A stretch of DNA of 37,561 nucleotides, taken from NCBI RefSeq assembly GCF_001194135.2, contig NC_068981.1, positions 91,658,609 through 91,696,169 on the forward strand. The letters are read 5' to 3'. Below, piece after piece: positions 11,439 to 24,714 of the stretch. Below the pieces are notes generated by a model. The model saw only the letters and a list, made by a program, of their open reading frames with translations. It did no database searches and was not told the DNA's origin. Source of the DNA: Octopus bimaculoides. Lineage: Eukaryota. How positions within the stretch are numbered: the stretch's first letter is position 1; each line of letters starts with the position of its first letter. The position numbers and the translations under genes are program-made.

Positions 11439-12709
11439 NNNNNNNNNNNNNNNNNNNNNNNNNNNNNNNNNNNNNNNNNNNNNNNNNNNNNNNNNNNNNN
11501 NNNNNNNNNNNNNNNNNNNNNNNNNNNNNNNNNNNNNNNNNNNNNNNNNNNNNNNNNNNNNNNNNNNNNNNNNNNNNNNNNNNNNNNNNNNNNNNNNNNN
11601 NNNNNNNNNNNNNNNNNNNNNNNNNNNNNNNNNNNNNNNNNNNNNNNNNNNNNNNNNNNNNNNNNNNNNNNNNNNNNNNNNNNNNNNNNNNNNNNNNNNN
11701 NNNNNNNNNNNNNNNNNNNNNNNNNNNNNNNNNNNNNNNNNNNNNNNNNNNNNNNNNNNNNNNNNNNNNNNNNNNNNNNNNNNNNNNNNNNNNNNNNNNN
11801 NNNNNNNNNNNNNNNNNNNNNNNNNNNNNNNNNNNNNNNNNNNNNNNNNNNNNNNNNNNNNNNNNNNNNNNNNNNNNNNNNNNNNNNNNNNNNNNNNNNN
11901 NNNNNNNNNNNNNNNNNNNNNNNNNNNNNNNNNNNNNNNNNNNNNNNNNNNNNNNNNNNNNNNNNNNNNNNNNNNNNNNNNNNNNNNNNNNNNNNNNNNN
12001 NNNNNNNNNNNNNNNNNNNNNNNNNNNNNNNNNNNNNNNNNNNNNNNNNNNNNNNNNNNNNNNNNNNNNNNNNNNNNNNNNNNNNNNNNNNNNNNNNNNN
12101 NNNNNNNNNNNNNNNNNNNNNNNNNNNNNNNNNNNNNNNNNNNNNNNNNNNNNNNNNNNNNNNNNNNNNNNNNNNNNNNNNNNNNNNNNNNNNNNNNNNN
12201 NNNNNNNNNNNATATATATATATATACTATTGAAAAAATCTCAACCAATATTAAACTTTAAAAAGAAAGAAACAAATAGGTATTCCTTTAAAATAAATAC
12301 TAATATTTCTTAAAAGTATTTCTTAAAAATTTTACTAAAACACATTTTGTAGCACTTTTTAAAAAAATTGTCAGTTTTAGTTTACAATGTATCTCCATAC
12401 GATGCTACACACTAGTATACTACTTAAACTTAAAGAAACTGAATTTGGTCAAGAAATTGCCGGTAGATTGAGGTCATTGCCAATAGTCAATCGCTAATAT
12501 CAAATCACATTGAATATCATGAAAAAAATGTGCGGAATAGATATACAGTATATAGGTTGAATTCGTCTAAGTTTAACCACTTAAATAGTCATTTCAGCTA
12601 AGTCATCATTTGTTATTTTCTTTGAATAATTATTTTTACTATTTTTATTTATTTTTAATTAAGCAAATTCTACTGTTTACTTCAAAATTAGATAAACTTT
12701 TTGTAATGA

Positions 12710-12792
12710 TTGTGATTATAAATGTATAATTTTGTGATTATAAATGTTTATATTTGTAATTATAATGTATATTTTTGTGATTATAAATATTT
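12710..12792. repeat. About 22-bp minisatellite (TTGTGATTATAAATGTATAATT-like), about 4 units
   Basis: Direct reading. Confidence 0.85.
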
Positions 12793-13860
12793 ATTTTGAA
12801 ATAAGAAACAGAAGAGTGAAGTGGGTTCATATGAAGACTTGCACTATTCACATTTGAGTGGGCTGCTTCCTTTTCAAACTAATTTGATCTACATATATAT
12901 GCATATAAAAAATAGCTGTGTACACTTACTTTTTATGCAATTGAATTATACTAACTTATTTTATTTTATTAACGTTTAGTTTAGATTATGTAATAAATAT
13001 ATGTTATATAAATTGAACTAAAAATGGACAGCCTACTCATTTTGGGTAAATTTAAGTCATAAATATATTATTGCTGATACTTTATTACTACTTTCTAATT
13101 TTAATTATATTTTAAAATTAATTATCAATTTAATTTTAATGATCTAATTTCTTTGATAATAATATTGCGCTGCAACTTTCAAAATTGAAATAATAAATTG
13201 AAATAGTTACAAAGATTTAAATGAATTAATTATAATATAAATGAAATAAATTTTTTTTTTTATCACTGTTAATAATTTGCAATTAAAAATCTTTTTTTCT
13301 GCTTCATAATTTCTATATATTTTTGCAATTCCTAATTTTCGTTTGATCGAAAGTTTTTGTTGGTTTGTTGTAANNNNNNNNNNNNNNNNNNNNNNNNNNN
13401 NNNNNNNNNNNNNNNNNNNNNNNNNNNNNNNNNNNNNNNNNNNNNNNNNNNNNNNNNNNNNNNNNNNNNNNNNNNNNNNNNNNNNNNNNNNNNNNNNNNN
13501 NNNNNNNNNNNNNNNNNNNNNNNNNNNNNNNNNNNNNNNNNNNNNNNNNNNNNNNNNNNNNNNNNNNNNNNNNNNNNNNNNNNNNNNNNNNNNNNNNNNN
13601 NNNNNNNNNNNNNNNNGCCATTGTTAGCCCATTATCATTCGGTTTACACCCACATATCGCGAGGAGGTGATGGTTGGATTTAATGGGGGAAAAGCCGCCA
13701 AATGTATAGTTTATTCGATAAAGAAAACGCAATTTCATATCTTTTAATTCAATTAATTCTTTTCTAATTTGATTAAATACGTTCCGCAAATGTCTATAAT
13801 TTGCAAAAAAGTTAATATTAATTTTCCAATAATTATAGTTGGATAATTTGTTGGTTTACA

Positions 13861-14483
13861 TAACAAAGTAGAAAGGCACTCGGAGAACGCAGACCTACTC
13901 CAAGCAGCAGCTCATTTCCCCCCATATACATGCGTGCTGAAAATCGCCCAATTTCCCAGACCAACGCCGGCACAAACATAACCTACCACTGCCTCCTCCT
14001 CTGTTGCTGCTTTTAGCAAGCCTTGAATATGTTAGTGTCATTTAATTTCTGAACTGTTTTGCTGCCGTTAGTTTATGTGTTTGATCTCTTTATGCATCAG
14101 TTTGTATAAGATATAAGATATGAGAAAGATACGCGAGTGAAATTATTAATAGAGAAAGGGGAATACAACTTTTGAAACAACAACGCCACCATATGTGACT
14201 TGGAAACCATGTGTTTCCGAGGAAGATAATCAGAGAAAAACTTGGATTGACGTAACATCGTAGTAATTCATGCAAAGTAAATATGACAAATGAAAAACCC
14301 TTGAAGAATCCATACATTCCCGAGTTACTACCAAAATTTCAGCATCTGTTACTTGTGTCATTGCCAACTTTCCCCGCATGCGTCATCGAATACCGTTCAC
14401 AACTTTTTGAGTTAATTTGCACACAGAGAGACAGACAAACCAACGGCTATGGAAACAGAGCCTCCTTCGTTGGCGGAGGTAAT
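13861..14483 (+). mobile_element. DINE-1/HINE-like non-autonomous element (Helentron-associated architecture)
   Basis: 5' AGACCTACTCC is a degenerate inverse of 3' GGCGGAGGT. 3' hairpin CCTCC-TTCGTTGGC-GGAGG (14461-14479). Short GACA-type tract at about 14422-14440, preceded by the CCGTTCACAACTTTTTGAGTTA block. No ORF. Confidence 0.5.
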
Positions 14484-15387
14484 AATTTATTATCATTGCA
14501 AGAAAAGAGAGAGGAAAACTAACGAATGTGAAAATCAAAAAGTTGCTGACGTGTCAGTTTCAGCCATGTCAATTTGACGTGAAACACTTCTGTCTTGATT
14601 GGAAAAGGCTGAGCTGACTACAGTATGCAGCGGGTCGCTACATGGCTTAAATAAATAGGATTACTTGGCATTTATGGAAAAATGTTGTGGGGTGGATTAT
14701 TTGCAATCATTCTTCCAAATATCGATCAGTATGGCAAATGTCTTGAATTTGCAAAAACTATTTTTGTCTTTAAAAAATATGTATTATTATGTTTGAATGA
14801 AATTGCGATTCATTTGCAAAGATCTAAAAAAAATTAATGAAAGTAAAAATTTAAATTTCGATTTTTCGCTATTCTATAAAAACTTTTTATAAAATAATTT
14901 TAAATGCAAATTCCAAATGAAACAATATAATTTCGATAAAAATACATTTAGAACTATTAAAAGTAAAAAGTATCTGATATTTAATCCAATATAAATTATT
15001 TGAAAACAAAGTTTTTTTAATTTTAAAATTTGAGCTTAAAAGACATTCCCAAAACATTTATGGTAGTGTCAGGGTTTCTGTGTTAGTTTTTATTATATTA
15101 ATATTAATTATGACCTGCCGCAGTAATAACAGTGAAAATCGATAGACTTCTCGCGAAACAGAAAAGAGCGTATTAGGTTTGAGTGGCTGAAAGAAAGTCA
15201 GAACATAACGACGACTCAAAAATGCAAACAAAATTTCAAATAATAAATTAAAAATAAAATTAAAAATATACAAATTATATATATTTGGAACCATTGTACT
15301 ACAAGGAACATGTTAATATAAGTTTCGTTCTAATGTAATGGACTATTACATGAGTTAATTAAGATGTATGCATACAAATAAGCACAC

Positions 15388-15427
<40 letters not shown>

Positions 15428-15437
15428 NNNNNNNNNN

Positions 15438-15478
<41 letters not shown>

Positions 15479-15544
15479 AGGCACGCAAGCATGAATGAAT
15501 GAATGTATGTATTCATGTATGTATGCATGTTTTTATATATGTAT

Positions 15545-15968
15545 GTCATTATTCCGTTTTATTTCAAGATTTTTTGGCAATAAAGAAAGAGCCAGTTTCT
15601 ACCGAGATCCAAGGCTACTTTATTAGAATTTCAACATCAACAACAGGGTATTTTTGTATGCATGTACGTATGTATACGTGGAGATTTGTATGTTTTATTT
15701 TATGCATGTCTTCACATACAAGTACTTGCATATCTAGACATGCTCATATGTACATAAATGATAAACTTCTGGAAACCTTTACAGATTTTTACAGTTCCGG
15801 TTATAGATTGAGTATGTAGTCTTCGAATTAGCTTTCCACTTTCTGGTTTTGAGTAGCCTAATTTTTCAAGATTAGTATTTAGGGAATGTATTACATATCC
15901 CAAGGCCCCAATGATTATAGATATATACCGGAACTTTTAATCTGGATAGAGTAACTGCAGATTTCTCA
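15545..15968 (-). mobile_element. Short 5'-truncated copy of an R4/Dong-type RLE retrotransposon (endonuclease C-terminus and 3'UTR)
   Basis: Reads LRNLQLLYPD*KF...IIIGALGYV...LEKLGYSKPE..KLIRRL..QSITGTVKI and is homologous to 36030-36440. Flanked by (ATGT)n-type repeats on both sides. Confidence 0.85.
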
Positions 15969-15999
<31 letters not shown>

Positions 16000-16949
16000 T
16001 GTATGTATGTATTATGTATGTATGTATGTATGTGTGTATTTGTGTATGTGTGTGTGTTTACGCGCGCGTCCGTGCGTGTGTGTGTGATTTTCCTGTTTTT
16101 AAGAAACGGTTATTTTTACATTTGCAGTTGATTTTCCAGCATTTCCTTAAAAAGAAATTGGCGTATTTTCTAAACTTTTCCAGATGTATCAATACATATA
16201 TTCTAATTTTACATACCCCAAACACACTACTGGACACTGACACTCTGTTTCTGATAGCAAACTACTAGCTGATTGAGCACATGTCAGAAGTGCCATCGGA
16301 GTTTGCATTATTCATTCGGTATACAGTTGGTACCAGTAAGGAAGAGAAGTAACGGTGACGAAACACAAGAAGATAATATACAAATGTAAGATAGAGGTAT
16401 AAGAAGCAGTAAAAGAAAGGAAGGAAATTTTAAAAGGCAGGTGACATCTGTCACAAAAACACTGCACCAATCACGATGCAGTGATTCGAGTAAGCTATAA
16501 ATAGCGTTTAGTGTTGTAATAGTTGGTATTTAGGAAGTATATCACAATGAATTTGAATTTTAGAGAGAGAGAGTGGGGAGATGGGGCTCACAAAGTAGTG
16601 GTAATATTGAAACTGAATGTAAATTTCGCAGGAAAAAAACACAAAAACAATGTCATCAATAATTTTGGCCTAACAAGAAACCATTACGGAAAAATATGTA
16701 AAACCGACTAATAGAAGGAGCAACAAATGGAGAAGAAAGCGACAGAGAGCGACAAGGGGAGAGAGAAAAAGAGAAACAAAAATAAATACAAAACATCCTC
16801 AACGCAGCGTGCAGCAATTGACTAAAAATCGACCTTTATAGCTTCATTGCAGAAACGTATCAGTGAGCAAACGCAGATGATGGACAATTAATAAACTCTT
16901 ATGTATTATTTATGGCTATATAAATTTTCTATGCATAAGTATGTGCGTG

Positions 16950-16984
<35 letters not shown>

Positions 16985-17000
16985 GCACGCACACACACAC

Positions 17001-17087
<87 letters not shown>

Positions 17088-17639
17088 TACATTTATATAT
17101 ATAAATATACATTTATATATGTGTATATGTATGTGTGTGCGTGTGTATGTGTGCGCGTGTGTATGTGTGTACGTGTGTATGTGTATGTGTGTGATATATT
17201 GCCAATAAATACAAGCAGCGTTTGTAGGTCACATCTGCTTTAGCTTTATTGTTCATTTCTTTGACCTTTGTACTAATTTTCCAAATTTCCAACTGCTTTT
17301 CTGTGCAACGTATTGATGTCAATGACCCAAATTTGTTGTGTGAATATTAATGTGTATGTAATGTCCCGCTTTTCTCATCTTTTGTATTAACTTCCTTATT
17401 TTTCATTTTCTAATTTTTCTCAACATATGCGTAATATGTATATAATATGTAAGGTATTTGCCAGTGTATAAAAATGTGTATGTGTGTCGTGTGTGGTTGT
17501 TGTTTGTGAGTACATTACTTTAGTTGACTGTAATTATATTTTATCTTCATTTGGTTGTTATTGCTGTAACATGGTTGTAATGTGCTGGTTGTCACTCCAA
17601 TCTATCTTTGCATATGTGGTAGTCAGAATCTACTTCCAC

Positions 17640-17840
17640 CGTTGGTTTCAAATTTTGGCACGAGACTAGCAGGTTTGGTGAAGGGGCTAAATCGATTAAG
17701 TCGATGACAGTGTTCAACTAGTACTTATTTTATCAACTACTGGGTGATGAAAGACAAATTTGAACTCAGAACGAGGAGGATGGCAAAATGCCGCTAAGAA
17801 TTTTGCAAGGTGTGCGAACGATCTTTCGAATTTGCCGCCT
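17640..17840 (-). mobile_element. Diverged SINE, same family as 27101-27215
   Basis: The reverse complement (ATCGTT.G.AC.CC..G.AAAAT..TTAGC....TTTTG...TTCTGAGTTCAAATT...GATAAAATAAGTACTAG) aligns with 27121-27215. Confidence 0.65.
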
Positions 17841-18145
17841 TATTCCTACATTTAATGTTGTTCACTGTTTTAGTGAAAACTACGGCTTTAACTTTGCCGA
17901 GAGTTATCTCTCTTAGGTATTTCCCGTTGATAACAGCTAAAGGACTAGAAATGCTGCGTCCGGGCATCCACATGCAGTAGCAGTGAGCAAGTATGTTGTT
18001 TTTACACCTTTTACTATGATAGAAAATATTTTCCTGTACGGTAATTGCAATGAATTTGCCTTTACAAGCGGAAACATGTCACAAACAGATTTTAAGTAGC
18101 CTAAAGTTCGCTTAGGCTTAAACAATACTTGGCACTGATGTTGCA

Positions 18146-18193
<48 letters not shown>

Positions 18194-18194
<1 letters not shown>

Positions 18195-18320
18195 GGGTGG
18201 CTATTTCGTAATTTTACAACCTAAAGGCAGAAATATATACGTAACTAAAGTGACAAAGTGTCACTTCAGTGGCGTATATATTTCTGCCAGTAAGTTTTAA
18301 AATTGCGAATTAGCCACCAA
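18194..18320. mobile_element. Fold-back MITE: near-perfect 127-bp palindrome flanked by TA
   Basis: Arms 18196-18255 and 18259-18318 match 51/60 with a 3-nt loop (AAG). TA at 18192-93 and 18321-22. Confidence 0.7.
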
Positions 18321-20116
18321 TATTATTTATAATTCTCACTTTTACTGTTTACGAAATCAGCGTATTATTTCAACGGAAAACCTATGAGCTGACAAGGCGG
18401 GATGAGTTTAGCCCTAGGCGTAGTGAGAGCCACAAATGAACATTAAGATACGTTAAGCATCAAAATGCGAAATCATCCATGTTGTGGCTATATCCGCGAC
18501 TGTAGAGAGCCTGTCTTCGTCGTCAGTTCATTAAGGTAGTGCTTCTGTGACTATCGAGTTATTTTGATTCTTATTTCTAGCAAACTGGTGCTGATTAGTG
18601 CGCTTTGTTCATTTCAATGATGTATACACACAAACACACACACACACACACTCTCATACATACACATTTGTATATATCCAATATATATATATATAGAACT
18701 CAAAAATATTTGAAACCGACGTGCTAGTTATTTTGATAGTTATTTTATCAGCAAATGTGTTTAACTTTAGCGATAGTTTGATTCAGTTAAGATTATACCA
18801 AGAAACGAGGAGAGCAAAAGCTGTAAATATCCATCTGACCTCCGTTGAGCAATATCGATTTTTGTTTATTTATTCACCTATTATTTACCTATAACACAGC
18901 GTACATAAGGAACACAGATGAAAAGATATCATACATATTCATGTTGCAAAGTAAGTTATTGAAATTAACTTTTCGTCTACCAGAATACTACTGACAATGT
19001 TCCTTAAAACCGAACTATATCTTTGTAAGTGTACGTATATCTAAATGTTTACTCGGCTTCTATGTCGCTACGGATGTTAGCAAACTTTTAGTTATTTCTC
19101 ATTAAGAATGCTTCAAAAAGAAAAAGAATATCAAGCACATAGAATTTTATGTTAAAATATGTATAGATTGTAAATAATTTCATAATTTTAAATTTTGAAA
19201 GACATTTAACTAGATTTTAGTTGAAAATCTTAATTGACACATTGGATAAAATCTTAATGGATGATGCAAACCAATTTGGAGTGGTGATCGAATGAAAGAT
19301 CAGTAATAGTAGTGCTCTTTATTTCATGAATAACAAGAAATTATTCTTATCGAATGCATCGACAAAAGAAAGAAACCAAAAACATAGTGTACAAATACTT
19401 TGATATATTTCTTGGAAAAAAATATAAGCTCAATTGAAATAATTAACTTAATGCAATCCAGCTCAGAAATGGAACTCTGGTTTAACAAACCAGTTATTCA
19501 AAGTATGAGAAATATATGCCGTTAATATGACAAAGGTACCCATAAGTCCATAGAAGTGCTCGTATTTATATCGTTGACAGACGAAAACCATCTCCTACTG
19601 TCGGGGGAACTACCGGATCACATAATTTCGCCCTTTGTGGACTACTCAATCATAGACATAGAGTAGTGACGTAAAATCTCATAAGATTCGCCACGAGTCC
19701 ATATGAGAGATCCTCTCAAGGTAAATAACGCAGTATTCAGTGTTCTCACACAACATCCACATTTAGTTGGAGATACAGATTGTCTTTGGTATTAATACTT
19801 CTTCCGCTGTTATTATTTTATAATAAGCCCAGTGGCTATTTGCAATATCAGTTCCTGAATAGACACCGATATTCTATATACCGTTAAGGAGAAATTCGGC
19901 TGTTATGTCGCTATTTGATGTTTACCACTGATGAGTCATAAATAGGACGATATCACGTGATCTTGCATTTCCGGCAGCCGTAGCTGACTGTTCCACTATG
20001 CCAATGATATAAACCCAAGTGTGTTTATGCATACGAATCGAAACGAGAAGTCTTCTCAAGGTAAATAGCGCATATATATTTACATATACATACATACGCA
20101 CGCACACACACACACA

Positions 20117-20166
<50 letters not shown>

Positions 20167-22062
20167 AAACAGTGTGAGAGGTTTCTCTTCTGAAATGTTC
20201 GAGAATAAACATCACGACTCTGTCTGTATCACTAATTCACTAATAGAAGAACAGGCTAATTGATCAGTTGGAATGGATGTGTTCTAACTGCATTCAGGCT
20301 ATGATGTCCTGGACTATCCAAATAAGAAGGAACGGTTTTTCGGCAGCGATCTCCTTTATCGCTTAAAGACAACCCACATGAATATAAGTCGTTCCATCCT
20401 CATATATTTTATCTGTTTTTGCACTCATGTTTGGCAGTCACATGTATGGACCTGGATGGGAAAGCTTGTAGTGATAATTTATTTCTTAAACAGTAAGAGT
20501 GGGGAAAGTGAAATATTTATATGTTTTATACCGATGTATGCATTTATTATCATATATGTACAGACACACTAATGTATACAAATATACATCTGCGTTTATC
20601 TTTTGGCTGTATTGCTTTTAGTTAAACTACGCGCATAGACATGTAAGTACACACATAAAACCTACGTTCTGTTAAAATGAGTTTTGTTTTTAAGTATTAC
20701 AGTTAAAAAAATTGTTTACTTAACTCGTTTCTAACTGTTCCGGTTATAATTCTCAAAAGTTGGACTACACGTTTATTATATTAGCATATACTGCAATGAC
20801 TCTATTGATGTTGCCTCAAATCAATTGCGAAAAATCCGGGAGGTTACTGATAGTCTCCATTAAACAGAAGACTCCACAATTTAATCCAAAACATTAGCAA
20901 AGCTAAATCGAATTATGAAACGATATACTGTAGTCCATAATATTCTATTCTCAGCAATTTATTGAATAATCACTGAAGTACACTAAATTTGGAGTCAGTC
21001 TGCTTTACCAATGTAATATATTCGAAAGTAATATTTACGCGTATATAGATAAGGAAATTTTCCTTCATTTACTCATTCATAGATAAAAGTATTAGAATGT
21101 TTTAGACCTGTAACTTTACCTCCATTAAACATAAGTCAGTGATATTATAATGTTAATTTCAATACATTAGCCATTGTGAGAATTGAAATATTAGTACTGT
21201 GAGGAAATATTTGTGATGGGAGAAGAAAATATTAAGCAGTGATTAAATGATTAATAAAGGTGTCAAATGCTAACAATGAGATGATATAATCACCAACTAT
21301 ATTGTTGGTGAGGTTCAATATACTTCGACCTCACTCAAGGAGATATTTCTCCAAATCTGTGAAGATTGTGATCATTAAGAATGTGCAAACATCTATACAC
21401 TAGTATTAGCAGTGGAAAACAGATTACACTCCGAGATATGAAGCTCACATAAAGATATTGCATCTCACTCCTCAGATATCCAAGTATTTATACTAAACTT
21501 TTCGTCGAGTACCCTCAAGGTTAATAACATTCTCGTAGTTTTCATATTGCAGAATTATTAATGGGGTTTGCGAGTCGAAGCTATTCTTCGGTAGAAGTCG
21601 GCATTATTGATTATATATTATGTTTTACTTCATGTTCACAAAGTCGAAACTCTAGAAAAGTGCAAATGTTTTCAAACAGATTTGATATTCTGATATATCT
21701 CTCCCTCCTACACACTCTATACCGTCTGTCACTTCCGACGAAAAGTTTGTCCATAAGCAACTTGGAACATTCATATGTTTCTGTAGCATTATTTCTCGGT
21801 TTAACACAAAACGTATTGCACAGCTAGTATCGAAACATCCCGACTGTATTCTGCAAAATAACCGCTTGTGACAAACACTGCTTCGTAGAGTGTTGTTAGG
21901 GTCATCACCTTCATTTGGGAATATAAAAGTTGGCAGGTACGCTTATTAGATGCATAGTAACGACATACTAAAATTACAATAATCTAGGACAGTTATAACT
22001 GTCTCCTAAAAAGTTTTAAAACTTCTGGAATGCACATCGTTTGTATGTATGTGTGCACGCGC

Positions 22063-22100
<38 letters not shown>

Positions 22101-23873
22101 NNNNNNNNNNNNNNNNNNNNNNNNNNNNNNNNNNNNNNNNNNNNNNNNNNNNNNNNNNNNNNNNNNNNNNNNNNNNNNNNNNNNNNNNNNNNNNNNNNNN
22201 NNNNNNNNNNNNNNNNNNNNNNNNNNNNNNNNNNNNNNNNNNNNNNNNNNNNNNNNNNNNNNNNNNNNNNNNNNNNNNNNNNNNNNNNNNNNNNNNNNNN
22301 NNNNNNNNNNNNNNNNNNNNNNNNNNNNNNNNNNNNNNNNNNNNNNNNNNNNNNNNNNNNNNNNNNNNNNNNNNNNNNNNNNNNNNNNNNNNNNNNNNNN
22401 NNNNNNNNNNNNNNNNNNNNNNNNNNNNNNNNNNNNNNNNNNNNNNNNNNNNNNNNNNNNNNNNNNNNNNNNNNNNNNNNNNNNNNNNNNNNNNNNNNNN
22501 NNNNNNNNNNNNNNNNNNNNNNNNNNNNNNNNNNNNNNNNNNNNNNNNNNNNNNNNNNNNNNNNNNNNNNNNNNNNNNNNNNNNNNNNNNNNNNNNNNNN
22601 NNNNNNNNNNNNNNNNNNNNNNNNNNNNNNNNNNNNNNNNNNNNNNNNNNNNNNNNNNNNNNNNNNNNNNNNNNNNNNNNNNNNNNNNNNNNNNNNNNNN
22701 NNNNNNNNNNNNNNNNNNNNNNNNNNNNNNNNNNNNNNNNNNNNNNNNNNNNNNNNNNNNNNNNNNNNNNNNNNNNNNNNNNNNNNNNNNNNNNNNNNNN
22801 NNNNNNNNNNNNNNNNNNNNNNNNNNNNNNNNNNNNNNNNNNNNNNNNNNNNNNNNNNNNNNNNNNNNNNNNNNNNNNNNNNNNNNNNNNNNNNNNNNNN
22901 NNNNNCATGTATAAGAGTAGATGTCCGTGAGCGCATCGCAACCAGACCTATTACATGTTCAAACTAATTCTCATAATTATAGCAGTGATGGAATGGTCGA
23001 TACTTAAAATATATAATGCTAATGCATTTTGAAACAGTATTTGCAACTAAATTAGAGAAAAAAGCATCAAAAACACCAGCATCCGAAACAGAAATTTCAA
23101 GATAAGCAACTGAAAATATTAACTGCTTTTTCAAACTCAAGACAGAGAACAACATAATCATACCGATGTAAAATACTTGAAATAAACCTTCAGAGTTCCA
23201 GAATATGTCTATGAAATCATTGTAAACTCGGAGGTGACAATTTTAATCACCTGTATATAATTTCCACAACAATTTGCTATCTATTCCCACTGCACCAATA
23301 ATACGTCCCTACTGAAACTAATTCATAAAAATTATTATATCGAAAAGAACCTAATCCTTTTCAGCATAATCATTTTTCTGAGTAACAGATCGTAAAGATC
23401 TAAAAATCTTTAATATACATTTCAATTCAAACATAATAATCATATTTATTTTAATGCTTCACGTTTAACAGAGATATATAATAAAACTTCTCAATGGCAG
23501 CATTATCAGTTTTCAGCCTCAATTAACTTGACCAGATATGGAGAGGCAAACAACAGAAATCATTTGCAACAATGTTATAACCACAAATTCTTCGATTTTA
23601 ACATTGAATGTCGCTCAAAAGCAGACAGATGGAAACAGAGATTAGTTTGCAATGACGTCTTTAATATTCCTCTTCCTTATTCCGGCCTTTCATTATATTT
23701 CTTTCCCTAGATGGCTAGATCAATATCTGTTTTAAATGGTTCACATTTAAATAACTCGTACTTCGTTTATTTTTTGTCAATCAGACAAGAAAGAAATTTA
23801 ATAGACGACAATTATACAAAATCTGTCTCTCCCCTGCCTGTCTGTCTGGGTGCCTGTCTGTCTATCTATCGAC

Positions 23874-23911
<38 letters not shown>

Positions 23912-24551
23912 CTCTATCGGCGTGCGTATGTATAAAACGAACGCAACATTTTCATAAATTATTTAGTTATGTCATTTGAATATACGTCTTTGTTTTGATG
24001 TAACCGTTTTGAAATGTTTAGTGATACTAACTCTATGTGACACACTAATATTAGGTAAAAACATGAAGAGAGATATACCGTCAGTGTTTGGGATCCGTGA
24101 ATAAGTTGTTCCTCTTGCTTGAAGTTTAAAGAGATGTCCTTTCTATGCATTTTAATATTTCATTAAACAAAATGTAAGCAATCAGCAATTCTTCCTCTTG
24201 TATAACAAAAGCTGTGAACTTCAGTTCATCTTGCCTCTGAAAAATCAGTTTTCCTATTACGGCAGCTGTTTATCATATTCTTTTCTTAGGATAAGAGATA
24301 TATCTCATCTATCAATGAAAGGATGTTTCTGACGATGACTTTACTACATGCAATGTACCAGGTTTGTTTTAAAATGCTGCATTTGGAGTAGTAAAGAACT
24401 AGTGTCCTTGTTTAAACGCAGACAGAAATTTCTCCGCTACATTAAACATTACATAAGAAAATCAAACAATAAATGCAAGCATTGCATTCTATAAAAGACT
24501 ACATCTGTGATTCAGTCTTTTTTAATTGCTTTGCCATTTTTCAACTTTTAG

Positions 24552-24714
24552 GAATCATTCAAGTGGCCAAATTTAATCAAGATCTCTCCATGAGTAAGAA
24601 TCTAGAGGCAGAGACTTCCTGCGCATTTGCTACTATCAAACATAATACACACCTTCGACAAATCTTCTCTATAACTACGATTGTCAAAAATAACAGTCCT
24701 ATGGTTATGTATAC
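24552..24714 (+). other. Candidate internal exon, possibly 5'UTR
   Basis: Strong polypyrimidine tract plus TTTTAG acceptor (AG 24550-51) and AC|GTAAGT donor (24715-20). No recognisable protein motif and no transcript evidence. Confidence 0.3.

Noticed and set aside
12710-12792. CRISPR-like or functional repeat array
   Set aside because: Head-to-tail AT-rich units without unique spacers, in a eukaryotic context; an ordinary minisatellite.
14520-14720. Promoter-like cluster (two TGACGT words, GATTGG, ATTTGCA)
   Set aside because: Short words expected by chance; no linked exon or TSS evidence.
17083-17123. Tandem duplication of TATATAAATATACATTTATA
   Set aside because: A slippage product within a (TA)n tract.
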